From a virus (Duplodnaviria; Caudoviricetes): a stretch of DNA of 34,147 bases. The notes beneath the pieces are model-generated. The model did no database searches, was not told the DNA's origin, and saw only the letters and a program-made list of their open reading frames with translations. Numbering within the stretch: position 1 is the stretch's first letter; each line of letters opens with the position of its first letter. A program made the translations under genes and the position numbers. Shown here in pieces: positions 7,455 through 16,728 of the stretch. The stretch is from positions 1 through 34,147 of the IMG/VR virus record IMGVR_UViG_3300042503_001676; one strand, 5' to 3'.

Positions 7455-7676
7455 ATGGCTACGAAACATCTCAATCAGATCGACCTGGCTGCGCGGTGGA
7501 ACATCAGCCACCGCACGCTCGAGCGGTGGCGGTGGACGGGTGAAGGCCCGCGCTTCGTCAAGCTCGGTGGTCGCGTCGTGTACCGCCTCGAAGACGTCGA
7601 GGATTACGAACGCGAACAGATCCGCGCCAGCACCACGGACAATGCGGAACGCACCGCGGCGTCGGGGGCGCGCTGA
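7455..7676 (+). CDS. AlpA/excisionase-like helix-turn-helix DNA-binding protein
   Basis: 73 aa LNQIDLAARWNISHRTLERWRWTGEGPRFVKLGGRVVYRLEDVEDYE; AAGGAG RBS. Confidence 0.9.
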   Translation: MATKHLNQIDLAARWNISHRTLERWRWTGEGPRFVKLGGRVVYRLEDVEDYEREQIRASTTDNAERTAASGAR

Positions 7677-7678
7677 TC

Positions 7679-8149
7679 ATGATCCCCAACGCACCCACCC
7701 TCGACCAGCTGCGCACGATGCCGGTTGGCGACATCATCGCGCTGCCCTCCGAAATGCTGGCTGTCCTTCAGGAGGACGCTGACGCTGCCCTGAAGAGCGC
7801 GAAGTCCATGAAGGACTGGCTCGATGGCGCCATCGCCCAGAAGTTCGGCGATCGTGCGCGTGAAGCCCGCGCGGCCGTTGCCAAGGACACGGGCATCGTC
7901 CGCTTCAGCGATGGCGCGATCACCATCGTCGCCGACCTGCCGAAGAAGGTCGACTGGGACCAGGCGAAGCTCGCTGCGCTCGTCGAAACCATCCGCGCCT
8001 CCGGCGAGGACCCCAGCCAATACGTCGAGATCAGTCTTTCGGTCTCGGAGCGCGCCTACGGCGCGTGGCCCGACGCGATCCGCCGCGCCTTCGAGCCGGC
8101 CCGCACCCTGAGGACCGGCAAACCGACCTTCCGCCTCCTGCGCGACTGA
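7679..8149 (+). CDS. Hypothetical phage early protein
   Basis: 156 aa, tight spacing within the operon; LPKKVDWDQ..L and RTLRTGKPTFRL motifs seen in phage early proteins. Confidence 0.85.
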   Translation: MIPNAPTLDQLRTMPVGDIIALPSEMLAVLQEDADAALKSAKSMKDWLDGAIAQKFGDRAREARAAVAKDTGIVRFSDGAITIVADLPKKVDWDQAKLAALVETIRASGEDPSQYVEISLSVSERAYGAWPDAIRRAFEPARTLRTGKPTFRLLRD

Positions 8150-8161
8150 GAGGAGAAATCC

Positions 8162-8485
8162 ATGTTCACCTTTGGCAAATCCAAGCCCGATGCCTCGCTG
8201 TCTGCGCTCGAAGCGCTGCGCAAGGCCCATTACAGCCTGTCCTCCCTTCCCGATGCGATCCGTATTCCGGCCATGCCGGGTCATGACGAAATCGCCGCCA
8301 AGCCCATCTCCGAAGCGACGATCGACGATCTCGCCTTCGCGATGCGGGGATTGGAAGCCGAGTTCAACGACGTCGCCGACAAGATGCAGGCGCTGCGCAA
8401 GCTCAGCCAGATCGCCCGCGATGCCGGCGGTCTTGGCGCTGATCGCGCCGTGGAAGTCGCGGCCCGCATCCAGGCGGAGCGCTGA
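8162..8485 (+). CDS. Hypothetical phage protein
   Basis: 107 aa; GAGGAG RBS; fills the gap between flanking genes. Confidence 0.8.
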   Translation: MFTFGKSKPDASLSALEALRKAHYSLSSLPDAIRIPAMPGHDEIAAKPISEATIDDLAFAMRGLEAEFNDVADKMQALRKLSQIARDAGGLGADRAVEVAARIQAER

Positions 8486-8487
8486 TC

Positions 8488-9378
8488 ATGGCGCTCCCCA
8501 TCATCTCAGCCGATCAGCGCATGGCCGAAGTGCGCGGCGTCAAAGGCTGCATTTTCGGGAAATCCGGAATCGGCAAGACGAGCTTGCTTTGGACGCTTGA
8601 TCCCAAGGTCACGCTCTTCATCGACCTGGAGGCTGGCGATCTCGCGATCGAAGGCTGGTCCGGCGACAGCGTGCGTCCGCGCACATGGCCCGAATGTCGC
8701 GACTTCGCGGTCTTCATCGGCGGCCCCAATCCGGCACTTCGCGATGAGCAGGTCTATAGCGAGGCGCATTACGCCGCCGTGTGCGAACGCTTTGGCGATC
8801 CGGCTGCGCTCGATCGCTATCAGACCATTTTTATCGACTCGATCACGGTAGCAGGACGGCTGTGCTTCCAATGGTGCAAGGGCCAGCCTGAAGCATTTTC
8901 CGACAAGACGGGCAAGCCGGACATTCGCGGCGCCTATGGGTTGCACGGCCGCGAGATGATCGCATGGCTGACGCATCTGCAGCACACGCGGGCGAAGAAC
9001 GTCTGGTTCGTCGGGATCCTTGACGAGAAGCTGGACGACTTCAACCGGCGCATCTTCCAGCCGCAGATCGACGGCTCGAAAACCGGTCTCGAACTGCCCG
9101 GCATCGTCGATGAAGTGCTGACGATGGCGGAGATCAAGGACGACGCCGGCGCTCCCTACCGCGCGTTCGTCTGCCAGACGATCAACACTTGGAACTTCCC
9201 CGCAAAGGACCGTTCCGGCCGGCTGGATCCGATCGAGGAGCCTCACCTCGGGCGCCTCATGGCGAAGATCCGCAGCCCTGCAAAACCCGCGTCAGAGCGC
9301 CTGGCCTATCGCAGCCCGCCCGTCGCTGCGCCGCCTGCATCGCCTGCCGTTGCCCCCATCCATCCCGAAAACGACTGA
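8488..9378 (+). CDS. AAA_24/Sak4-like ATPase (single-strand annealing protein)
   Basis: Walker A GKSGIGKT, LFIDLEAG, IFIDSIT, AKDRSGRL; followed by an SSB-like gene. Confidence 0.88.
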   Translation: MALPIISADQRMAEVRGVKGCIFGKSGIGKTSLLWTLDPKVTLFIDLEAGDLAIEGWSGDSVRPRTWPECRDFAVFIGGPNPALRDEQVYSEAHYAAVCERFGDPAALDRYQTIFIDSITVAGRLCFQWCKGQPEAFSDKTGKPDIRGAYGLHGREMIAWLTHLQHTRAKNVWFVGILDEKLDDFNRRIFQPQIDGSKTGLELPGIVDEVLTMAEIKDDAGAPYRAFVCQTINTWNFPAKDRSGRLDPIEEPHLGRLMAKIRSPAKPASERLAYRSPPVAAPPASPAVAPIHPEND

Positions 9379-9394
9379 CAAGGAGACCCCAGCC

Positions 9395-9982
9395 ATGACT
9401 GGTTCCTGGAACGACTTCAACGACGCCAAGCAGAACAGCAACATCATCCCCAAGGGCACGCTCGCCAAGGTGCGCCTGACAATCCGCCCCGGCGGCTATG
9501 ACGATCCGGCGCAGGGCTGGACCGGCGGCTACGCGACGCGCGGCGCCACCGGCTCGGTCTACCTCTCGGGCGAGTTCACGGTGCTTGAGGGACCCTACGC
9601 CCGGCGCAAGATCTTCACCCTGATCGGTCTTTACAGCCCCAAGGGGCCGGACTGGACGAACATGGGCCGCAGCCTGATCCGCGGCATGCTGAACTCCGCG
9701 CGCGGCATCTCCGACAAGGACAATTCGGCGCAGGCGCAAGCGGCGCGCCGCATCGCGGGCTTCACCGACCTCGATGGGTTGGAGTTCATCGCAAAGATCG
9801 ATGTCGGCACCGACACCAACGGGGACGAGAAGAACGAGATCCGCACGGCCGTGACGCCGGATCACAAGGAGTATGCGGCGCTCATGGGGATGGCTGGCGC
9901 GGCGGCTCAAGCGCCCGCTCAGACCCGCTCTGCTCAGCCCTCCATGCCGAAGCCGGGCGTTCGCCCGTCCTGGGCGCAATAA
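9395..9982 (+). CDS. Probable single-stranded DNA-binding protein (DUF669-like)
   Basis: ATG at 9395 with AAGGAG RBS; IPKGT..KVRLTI...EFTVLEGPYARRKIF; low-complexity tail ending RPSWAQ; Sak4-adjacent position. Confidence 0.75.
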   Translation: MTGSWNDFNDAKQNSNIIPKGTLAKVRLTIRPGGYDDPAQGWTGGYATRGATGSVYLSGEFTVLEGPYARRKIFTLIGLYSPKGPDWTNMGRSLIRGMLNSARGISDKDNSAQAQAARRIAGFTDLDGLEFIAKIDVGTDTNGDEKNEIRTAVTPDHKEYAALMGMAGAAAQAPAQTRSAQPSMPKPGVRPSWAQ

Positions 9983-9992
9983 GGAGGACGCC

Positions 9993-11696
9993 ATGCTTTT
10001 GCGTCCCCGCCAGAAGCAGTTCGTTGAGCGCAGCATCCATGCGCTCGACGAACACGGAAACACCCTTGCGGTCGCCCCGACAGGTGCAGGCAAAACGATC
10101 ATGCTCTCGGCGGTGACCGGGCGCATGATTGGCGAGCCTGCAAAGGGCACGGGCGGCAAGGCGTGTGTCCTTGCCCATCGCGATGAGCTGACAGGTCAGA
10201 ACCTCAACAAGTTCGGCAGGGTCAACCCCCAGCTCACCACGTCCATCGTGGACGCCAAGGAGAAGTCCTGGCGTGGACAGGTGACCTTCGCGATGGTCCC
10301 GACGCTCGCGCGCAAAGACAATCTCGATCAGATGCCGGCCATCGACCTACTGGTGATCGATGAAGCGCATCATGCAGCAGCGGACAGCTATCGCCGGATC
10401 ATCGATGCCGCGCTGCATCGCAATCCGATGTGCCGCATCTACGGGGTCACGGCAACGCCGAACCGGGGCGACAAGCGCGGACTGCGGCCCGTGTTCTCGA
10501 ATGTCGCAGACCAAATCCGGATCGGTGAGTTGATCGCGTCCGGTCATCTCGTTTCGCCGCGCACCTTCGTGATCGATGTCGGCGTGCAGGATGAACTCAC
10601 CAAGGTGCGCCGCACCGCCGACGACTTCGACATGGCGGAGGTGGACGCGATCATGAACCGCTCTCCGGTCACGGAAGCGGTCATCCGTCACTGGCGCGAA
10701 AAGGCCGGCGAGCGTCAGACGGTGGTCTTCTGCTCCACGATTAACCACGCGCGCAACGTCACGGACGCATTCAATGCGGCGGGCGTGGCGGCAGGGTTCA
10801 TTCATGGCGAAATGGCCGATGCGGAGCGTAAGGCGACGCTCGCGGCCTATGCCGGTGGCCAGCTGCGGGTCATCGTCAATGTTGCGGTGCTGACCGAAGG
10901 CTGGGATCACCCGCCGACAAGCTGCGTCGTGTTGCTGCGGCCGAGTTCCTACAAGTCGACCATGATCCAGATGGTGGGCCGGGGCTTGCGCACCGTATCA
11001 CCCGAGGAGCATCCGGGCGTCATCAAGACCGACTGCATCGTGCTGGATTTCGGCACCTCGACTTTGTTGCATGGGTCGCTGGAACAAGACGTCGATCTGA
11101 ACGGCCGTGAGCCGGGCGATGAAGCCCCGACGAAGGACTGCCCGGAATGCGGCGCGGTGGTTCCGCTCGCCACCACCGAATGTCCGCTCTGCGGGCATGT
11201 CTGGGAACGCGCCGACGCCGGCGAGGTCGCTCCGCTCGGCGACTTCATCATGTCCGAGATCGATCTGCTCAAGCGGTCGAGTTTTCGCTGGTGCGATCTC
11301 TTCGGTGATGATGCAGCGCTCATCGCAAGCGGCTTCAATGCCTGGGGCGGCGTCTTCTTCCTGAATGGTCGCTGGTACGGCGTTGGTGGGCTGCAGAAGC
11401 AGAGGCCGCATCTCCTGGCCGTCGGTGAACGCACCATCTGCCTGGCGGCGGCCAATGACTGGCTCAACGACCACGAAAGCGATGAGACGGCTCACAAGAC
11501 CCGCCGCTGGCTGAACCAGCCGCCGACCGATCGGCAGCTCACCTTCCTGCCCACCGCGTACCGGCAGGATTTCGGGCTGACCCGCTATCAGGCTTCGGCG
11601 CTGCTCGCCTTCCGTTTCAATCGAGACGCGATCCGCTCCCTGGTCTTCGGCGCAGCCGACGCCACTCCCGAAGCCATTGTCGGGAGGGCGGCATGA
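9993..11696 (+). CDS. DEAD/DEAH-box (SF2) helicase with zinc ribbon
   Basis: ATG at 9993 with AAGGAGG RBS; LRPRQ, APTGAGKT, DEAHH, TATP, QMVGRGLR; CPEC...CPLC. Confidence 0.95.
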   Translation: MLLRPRQKQFVERSIHALDEHGNTLAVAPTGAGKTIMLSAVTGRMIGEPAKGTGGKACVLAHRDELTGQNLNKFGRVNPQLTTSIVDAKEKSWRGQVTFAMVPTLARKDNLDQMPAIDLLVIDEAHHAAADSYRRIIDAALHRNPMCRIYGVTATPNRGDKRGLRPVFSNVADQIRIGELIASGHLVSPRTFVIDVGVQDELTKVRRTADDFDMAEVDAIMNRSPVTEAVIRHWREKAGERQTVVFCSTINHARNVTDAFNAAGVAAGFIHGEMADAERKATLAAYAGGQLRVIVNVAVLTEGWDHPPTSCVVLLRPSSYKSTMIQMVGRGLRTVSPEEHPGVIKTDCIVLDFGTSTLLHGSLEQDVDLNGREPGDEAPTKDCPECGAVVPLATTECPLCGHVWERADAGEVAPLGDFIMSEIDLLKRSSFRWCDLFGDDAALIASGFNAWGGVFFLNGRWYGVGGLQKQRPHLLAVGERTICLAAANDWLNDHESDETAHKTRRWLNQPPTDRQLTFLPTAYRQDFGLTRYQASALLAFRFNRDAIRSLVFGAADATPEAIVGRAA

Positions 11697-11708
11697 TGGG
11701 GCACGTCC

Positions 11709-12107
11709 ATGATCACCTCATCTTCCGACCGGCTGCGGCTCTGGCATCCATGTGGCGAACTCTGCGCGGTCTGCCGGCGACCGACGCGTGGCTTTGGCTG
11801 GTTCGACCCGGTGCGATCGAAACAGCCGCGCCCGTCTGCATGGTTCTGTTCGATGGCCTGCCAAGGCTTCTGGTCGCGCTCAGCCCGGAGGTCATCGGCC
11901 GTGGTTGATCTGACCGAACTTGAGAAAGCGGCGATCCGCACCGCCATGAAGCCCGTGGCCGAGATCATGGAAGAGATCGGCTGGGAGGTACGCCTCATTG
12001 ATCTGTCGGAGGCGCAGGTCTTCACGCTCATCGAAGTCGCCGTCGGCGGCTTCCAGGACGCCATGCGTGCAACGGCGCAAAGCGCAGACGCGGAGGTTCC
12101 GTTCTGA
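11709..12107 (+). CDS. Zinc-finger-containing phage protein (DUF6511-like)
   Basis: 132 aa; CAVC...FCSMACQ then helical domain ending EVPF; start site uncertain. Confidence 0.7.
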   Translation: MITSSSDRLRLWHPCGELCAVCRRPTRGFGWFDPVRSKQPRPSAWFCSMACQGFWSRSARRSSAVVDLTELEKAAIRTAMKPVAEIMEEIGWEVRLIDLSEAQVFTLIEVAVGGFQDAMRATAQSADAEVPF

Positions 12108-12874
12108 TGCTGGACTTCAATCATCGCGCCACATGTGCCGACCAGATCAACGCGATCATCGACGCGGCAATCGAGACCGAGCGTGGTGCTGCGCCTGCGC
12201 GCACCTATCTTGGCGGTTCACGTCTCGGCGCAACTTGCGAACGCGCGCTGCAGTTCGAATTCACGGCCGCGCCCAAAGACGAAGGCTCTCACTTCAAGGG
12301 CCAGACGCTGCGCATCTTCGAGATCGGTCACGCGCTCGAAGACCTGGCGATCCGCTGGCTGCGCGCTGCAGGGATCGATCTCTACACCCGCAAGGGCAAT
12401 CGTCTGGATGGCGAGCAGTTCGGCTTCTCCGTCGCCGGTGGACGGATCCGCGGGCATGTCGATGGGATCATCGCTTCCGTGCCGAGCGCGCTCGGGCTTG
12501 CTGTCCCTGCGCTCTGGGAATGCAAGACGATGAACGCGAAGAACTGGCGCGAGACCGTGGCCAAGGGCGTGGTCATGGCAAAGCCCATCTACGCCGCGCA
12601 AATCGCGCTCTACCAGGCTTATATGGAAGCGCAGGTGCCAGGCATCTCGCAGAACCCTGCTCTGTTCACAGCCATCAACAAGGACACCGCTGAACTGCAC
12701 CATGAGCTGGTGCCGTTCGACGCAGCGCTGGCGCAGCGGGTGAGCGATCGCGGCGTGCGCATCCTGCAGGCGACCGACGCGGGCGAATTGCTGCCGCGGA
12801 TCGCCACGAGCCGCGACTTTCATGAATGCCGCATGTGCGCATGGGCGGACCGCTGCTGGGGGCTGCCGGCATGA
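12107..12874 (+). CDS. Cas4-like PD-(D/E)XK exonuclease
   Basis: 255 aa; YLGGSRLG..CER, GH..E, GHVDG, WECKT, Q..LY, CRMC...RC (four-Cys Fe-S staple pattern). Confidence 0.88.
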   Translation: MLDFNHRATCADQINAIIDAAIETERGAAPARTYLGGSRLGATCERALQFEFTAAPKDEGSHFKGQTLRIFEIGHALEDLAIRWLRAAGIDLYTRKGNRLDGEQFGFSVAGGRIRGHVDGIIASVPSALGLAVPALWECKTMNAKNWRETVAKGVVMAKPIYAAQIALYQAYMEAQVPGISQNPALFTAINKDTAELHHELVPFDAALAQRVSDRGVRILQATDAGELLPRIATSRDFHECRMCAWADRCWGLPA

Positions 12875-15159
12875 ACGAGAGCAACATCATCTCCCTGGAC
12901 GCGTGGCGCGATTTCAATGACGCGGCTCCGCTGAGCGACCCGTTCACCATCGAGCCGGATCCCGAGCAGATCGCGGTCTTCCTCGACGTCGTCTTTGGCT
13001 ACTGCGAAGGCTGGGCGCCGCTGCGCGGGTTCGTCGACAAGGGTCAGGGGATTGCAGGTCGCCCGCACAATGTGTGGATCGAAGTCGATGGCAGCCTACT
13101 GGAGAAGGCTGTCTCGTTCGCTGGATGGGCCGCGCGCGAAGGCGCTGCGTTCTACGTGGTTCCCGGCACGGTCGCCGAAGCCGGCAAGGCGAAAGCTGCC
13201 GATGTCCGCCAGATGCAGACCGTGCTCGTGGATCTCGATGCGGGCGACATCCCTGCAAAGCTGGATCACCTCATCCTGCACCTAGGTGAGCCTACGCTGA
13301 TCGTTGAGAGCGGCGGCCGCACGGCAGATGGCATCGACAAGCTCCATGTCTGGTGGCGTCTGAGCGAGCCTGCCGAGGCAGAGGATATTGCGTTGCTCTG
13401 CCGGCTGCGCGGCGATATCGCCGTGAAGGTCGGTGGCGACACGCATTTCCGGTCAGCGCACCAGCCGATCCGACTGGCAGGTTCGGTCTACCACAAGGGC
13501 GGGTTCACGCGCCTTGTCACCATCCGACGCCATAGCCCGCAGGCGGAAGTCCATCTGCGCGATTTCGCGGAGCTGGTGGACGCCATGCCGCCGCTGCCTG
13601 GCGTCGGCTGCGAGCCAGATCCTGCGAGCGAGAAGCCCTCCATCAAGGACATCCTGACCACGCCGGTCCGCGAAGGCGGCGAGGATGACTGGACCCGGTT
13701 TCAGGGGGCAAGCGCCGCGATCGGCCATTACGTACGCATGGCCCATGAAGGCCGCATAAGCCGCGACGAGGCCTGGGAGGCCGTCTGCCAGTACAATGCC
13801 GCCCAGCTTCGCCCGAGCTGGCCGCTGGAGCGCCTAGCGACCGAAGCCCAACGTCTCTGGCGGCTGCACGAGGAACGCCATGGCCCGGCGCTGGAGCGGC
13901 TCTCGGCTCCCCCCATGTCGGCTTTGCCTACCTTCACGCTCGGGGCCCTGCTCGACGACAAAAGCCCCATGCCGGACGACATCATCGCGCCGCGCCTGCT
14001 GACGCCAGGCGGGATGCTTGTGCTGGGCGGCGCGCCCAAGGTCGGCAAGAGCGACTTCCTGATCAGCTTGCTCGTCAACATGGCGGCGGGCGTGCCGTTC
14101 CTGGCCTTCGCGCCAAGCCGCCCGCTTCGGATCTTCTATCTGCAGGCCGAGATCCAGTACCACTACCTGCGCGAGCGCCTCCAAGCGATCCGGATCGATC
14201 CCGCGCTCATGGCGGCAGCACGCGACAATCTCGTCGCAACGCCGAAGGTCCGCATGCTCTTGGACGCGGGTGGCGTTGCGCTGACCATAGCCGCCGTCCG
14301 CGCACATTATGGCCACAGCGCCCCAGACATCCTGTGCATCGATCCGGTCCGAAACCTCTTCGATGGTGGAGCGGAGGGAGGCGGCGAGAACGACAACACG
14401 GCGATGCTCTTCTTCCTGCAGGCGCGGATCGAAGCGCTGCGCGATGCTGTTGCGCCCGACGCCGGCCTGATCCTGTGCCACCACACCCGCAAGATCACGA
14501 AGAAGCAGCTCGTCGAGGATCCGTTCATGGCGCTCTCTGGCGCAGGATCGCTCCGCAGCTTCTACACCTCCGGCATCATCATGCACCGGCCTGACGAGGA
14601 CCGGCCCGAGCGGATGCTGCATTTCGAGCTGCGCAACGGGCCGGGCATCGAGCCGATCACCATCGACAAGCCCAATGGCCGCTGGATCGAGATTGATCGA
14701 TCCAATGAGCGGCTCGTGCGCAAGGCCATGGGCGACAAGCTCGATGCAGAGCGCGTGCGCAAGCACGACGTCATTCTCGGCGTGTTGCTGGATGAGGCGC
14801 TCGAAGGACGGCTCTACACCATCAACCAGTTTGCCGAAGCCTTCGAGAACCGGGGCGGCCTGGGCGGCAAGGACACGATCCGCGACCGGCTGAATGTCCT
14901 CGCCACAAAGGGCTTCGTGAAGTTCCTGCGCGACGGCACGCCCTACGGCCTTGGCCCGTCTCGATCCCGGTTCGGCTTTCTGTGCGTCGAAGGGATGGCT
15001 GCTCCCACAGGTGCGGAGGCCGTCGATCCCGATACCGGCGAGGTCATCCCGGCCACCATCGCCGTGCTGCCGACCCACTACAAATCGCCCCAGACTGGCG
15101 CGCTGCTCGAGGTCGAGAACCCGCAAGTGTGGGTCTATCCGGAGGGCGAGCAGCCATGA
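12871..15159 (+). CDS. Primase-helicase fusion (RepB'-like primase plus AAA_25/RepA-like helicase)
   Basis: ATG at 12871 (ATGA overlap); VDLD, ESGG..KLHVWWRL, GGD..., IRLAGS; Walker A GAPKVGKS, LCIDP, CHHTRK, GAGSL. Confidence 0.9.
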   Translation: MNESNIISLDAWRDFNDAAPLSDPFTIEPDPEQIAVFLDVVFGYCEGWAPLRGFVDKGQGIAGRPHNVWIEVDGSLLEKAVSFAGWAAREGAAFYVVPGTVAEAGKAKAADVRQMQTVLVDLDAGDIPAKLDHLILHLGEPTLIVESGGRTADGIDKLHVWWRLSEPAEAEDIALLCRLRGDIAVKVGGDTHFRSAHQPIRLAGSVYHKGGFTRLVTIRRHSPQAEVHLRDFAELVDAMPPLPGVGCEPDPASEKPSIKDILTTPVREGGEDDWTRFQGASAAIGHYVRMAHEGRISRDEAWEAVCQYNAAQLRPSWPLERLATEAQRLWRLHEERHGPALERLSAPPMSALPTFTLGALLDDKSPMPDDIIAPRLLTPGGMLVLGGAPKVGKSDFLISLLVNMAAGVPFLAFAPSRPLRIFYLQAEIQYHYLRERLQAIRIDPALMAAARDNLVATPKVRMLLDAGGVALTIAAVRAHYGHSAPDILCIDPVRNLFDGGAEGGGENDNTAMLFFLQARIEALRDAVAPDAGLILCHHTRKITKKQLVEDPFMALSGAGSLRSFYTSGIIMHRPDEDRPERMLHFELRNGPGIEPITIDKPNGRWIEIDRSNERLVRKAMGDKLDAERVRKHDVILGVLLDEALEGRLYTINQFAEAFENRGGLGGKDTIRDRLNVLATKGFVKFLRDGTPYGLGPSRSRFGFLCVEGMAAPTGAEAVDPDTGEVIPATIAVLPTHYKSPQTGALLEVENPQVWVYPEGEQP

Positions 15160-15182
15160 TCACGAGCGCCACGAACATCCCG

Positions 15183-15487
15183 CAGAACTGCGCTCTGCCC
15201 AGTTTAAACCAGATGGGGCGCAGCGCCGAAACTGCTCCGACATGGCCGCTCAGCGCTTCGCTCTGGTCCGCTGTGATCAGATTGGGCGGGTTTCCGAAAC
15301 TACCCCGTCAGAATTGCGCGTTGACCAGTTTGGCTTCGCTCCAACCAGATTGGGTCGATGCGGCGTTTCCAAACTGCCAAAACTGTAAATTCATCAATCC
15401 GATCAATGCGGTATCGGGCAGTTCAAGTTTACGGGGTGAAAGCCACCCCCTTCGGGGGTGGGGAGACCGCCGCAGGCGGGGTCTCCC
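15183..15487. repeat. Candidate replication origin: 68-bp phased repeats plus hairpins
   Basis: CAGAT(T/G)GGG at 15210, 15278, 15346; 23-mer repeat 15183-15205 vs 15309-15331 (19/23 identical); inverted repeats 15443-15461 and 15461-15487; directly after the primase-helicase. Confidence 0.55.
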
Positions 15488-15569
15488 ATTCCCACCCCCG
15501 GGGGCTTCGCGCGTGCGTGGCCTGCATCTCCACCCCTCGACCGTCCGCCTCCCCCAGGGATCGACCGCC

Positions 15570-16103
15570 ATGAGTACGCAAGCAGCACCCGTCACCATGC
15601 CCAGCCTTCATCAGTCGACGCCACCGACCATCCCGGCGGACAGGACCATCCTCGCGCTCGACCTCGGGACCACGACCGGCTGGGCAAGCCTCGTCCAAGG
15701 GATCGTGCATAGCGGCACGGTGAACTTCCGCACCGGGCGCTACGACGGCGGCGGCATGCGCTACCTGCGCTTCCAGACCTGGCTTGAAGGGCTGGCCGAA
15801 GACACGGGCGGCGTGGCTGCGATCTACTTCGAGGAAGTCCGTCGGCACATCGGCACCGATGCCGCCCACATCTACGGCGGCTTCCTGGCGACGCTGACCG
15901 CGTGGTGTGAGCGCAAGGGCGTGGCCTATCAGGGCGTCCCTGTCGGCACCGTGAAGCGCTTCGCCACGGGCAAGGGCAATGCCGACAAGCAGGCAGTCCT
16001 GGCAGCGATACGCAGTCGCGGTTTCAACCCCGCCGACGACAACGAGGCCGATGCGCTCGCGATCTTGCTCTGGGCGATGGAGACACGAGGAGGCGTGCTG
16101 TGA
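15570..16103 (+). CDS. RuvC-like Holliday junction resolvase
   Basis: ILALDLGTTTGWA, IYFEEV, VKRFATGKGNADK, DNEADALAI; likely ATG at 15570, although the frame is open further upstream. Confidence 0.88.
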   Translation: MSTQAAPVTMPSLHQSTPPTIPADRTILALDLGTTTGWASLVQGIVHSGTVNFRTGRYDGGGMRYLRFQTWLEGLAEDTGGVAAIYFEEVRRHIGTDAAHIYGGFLATLTAWCERKGVAYQGVPVGTVKRFATGKGNADKQAVLAAIRSRGFNPADDNEADALAILLWAMETRGGVL

Positions 16104-16297
16104 AGTGGGCGCCACTTGGCTATGGCGGCAAGCGTCGCACACCCGACGAGATCAAACGCGAAGGCTGGCGTGAACAGCGTGTGCTGGCGGTCTCGCTCGA
16201 CGATGCCCGGCTGACATGGCCGGAGCGAGAACTGATCCGCCAGCTCGGTGAGAAGCTCTATGGCGATCGATCCAAACGCAAGGAGGTTCAGCAATGA
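16100..16297 (+). CDS. Hypothetical phage protein
   Basis: 65 aa; GTGA and ATGA overlaps on both sides; GGAGG RBS. Confidence 0.8.
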   Translation: MKWAPLGYGGKRRTPDEIKREGWREQRVLAVSLDDARLTWPERELIRQLGEKLYGDRSKRKEVQQ

Positions 16298-16728
16298 CCG
16301 AATGGACGCCGAGCCTCGTCGAGGAACGCCTGTCTGAGGCCGCCTTCGTGCTGAAGCGCCTGCCGGCGGAGCGCCGACGCGGCTACTTCAACGTCTGGCC
16401 GCAGATCGTGCACGACTTCGCCGACAAAGTCGGACAAGAGCCAAGACCGATGCGCGTGCTGCCTTCGCCCGCTGCGATCAGCCGCATGGAAGAGACGCTC
16501 AGCTGGACGGTCGGGCTCGATCCGATCGACGGCAAGATCGTCTGGATGCGCGCGCATGGCGAACGGTGGAAGGCAATCTGCTGGTCGGTCGGCATGCAGC
16601 GCTCTGCGGCGCATGAGCACTGGCTCTACGCGCTTTGCGTCATTGCGTTTCGGCTTAATGGTCGGCGGCTCAACCGCAATCATTCGAAGCGTCACGTGAT
16701 CGCGCAGGCTGAATCGGCGAAGCGGTGA
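16294..16728 (+). CDS. DUF6362-like protein, probable late-gene transcriptional regulator
   Basis: 144 aa; WT...VEERL.EAA..LKRLP, C-terminal HTH-like VWMRAHGERWKAIC; last early gene before cos (lambda Q-equivalent position). Confidence 0.75.
   Translation: MTEWTPSLVEERLSEAAFVLKRLPAERRRGYFNVWPQIVHDFADKVGQEPRPMRVLPSPAAISRMEETLSWTVGLDPIDGKIVWMRAHGERWKAICWSVGMQRSAAHEHWLYALCVIAFRLNGRRLNRNHSKRHVIAQAESAKR

Noticed and set aside
12107-12874. Cas4-like gene as evidence of CRISPR-Cas
   Set aside because: No repeat-spacer array or other cas genes seen in the window; it lies in a phage replication operon
15183-15385. 68-bp periodicity as a degenerate CRISPR array
   Set aside because: The conserved core is only about 9 bp in three copies with partly repeated intervening sequence; iterons fit better
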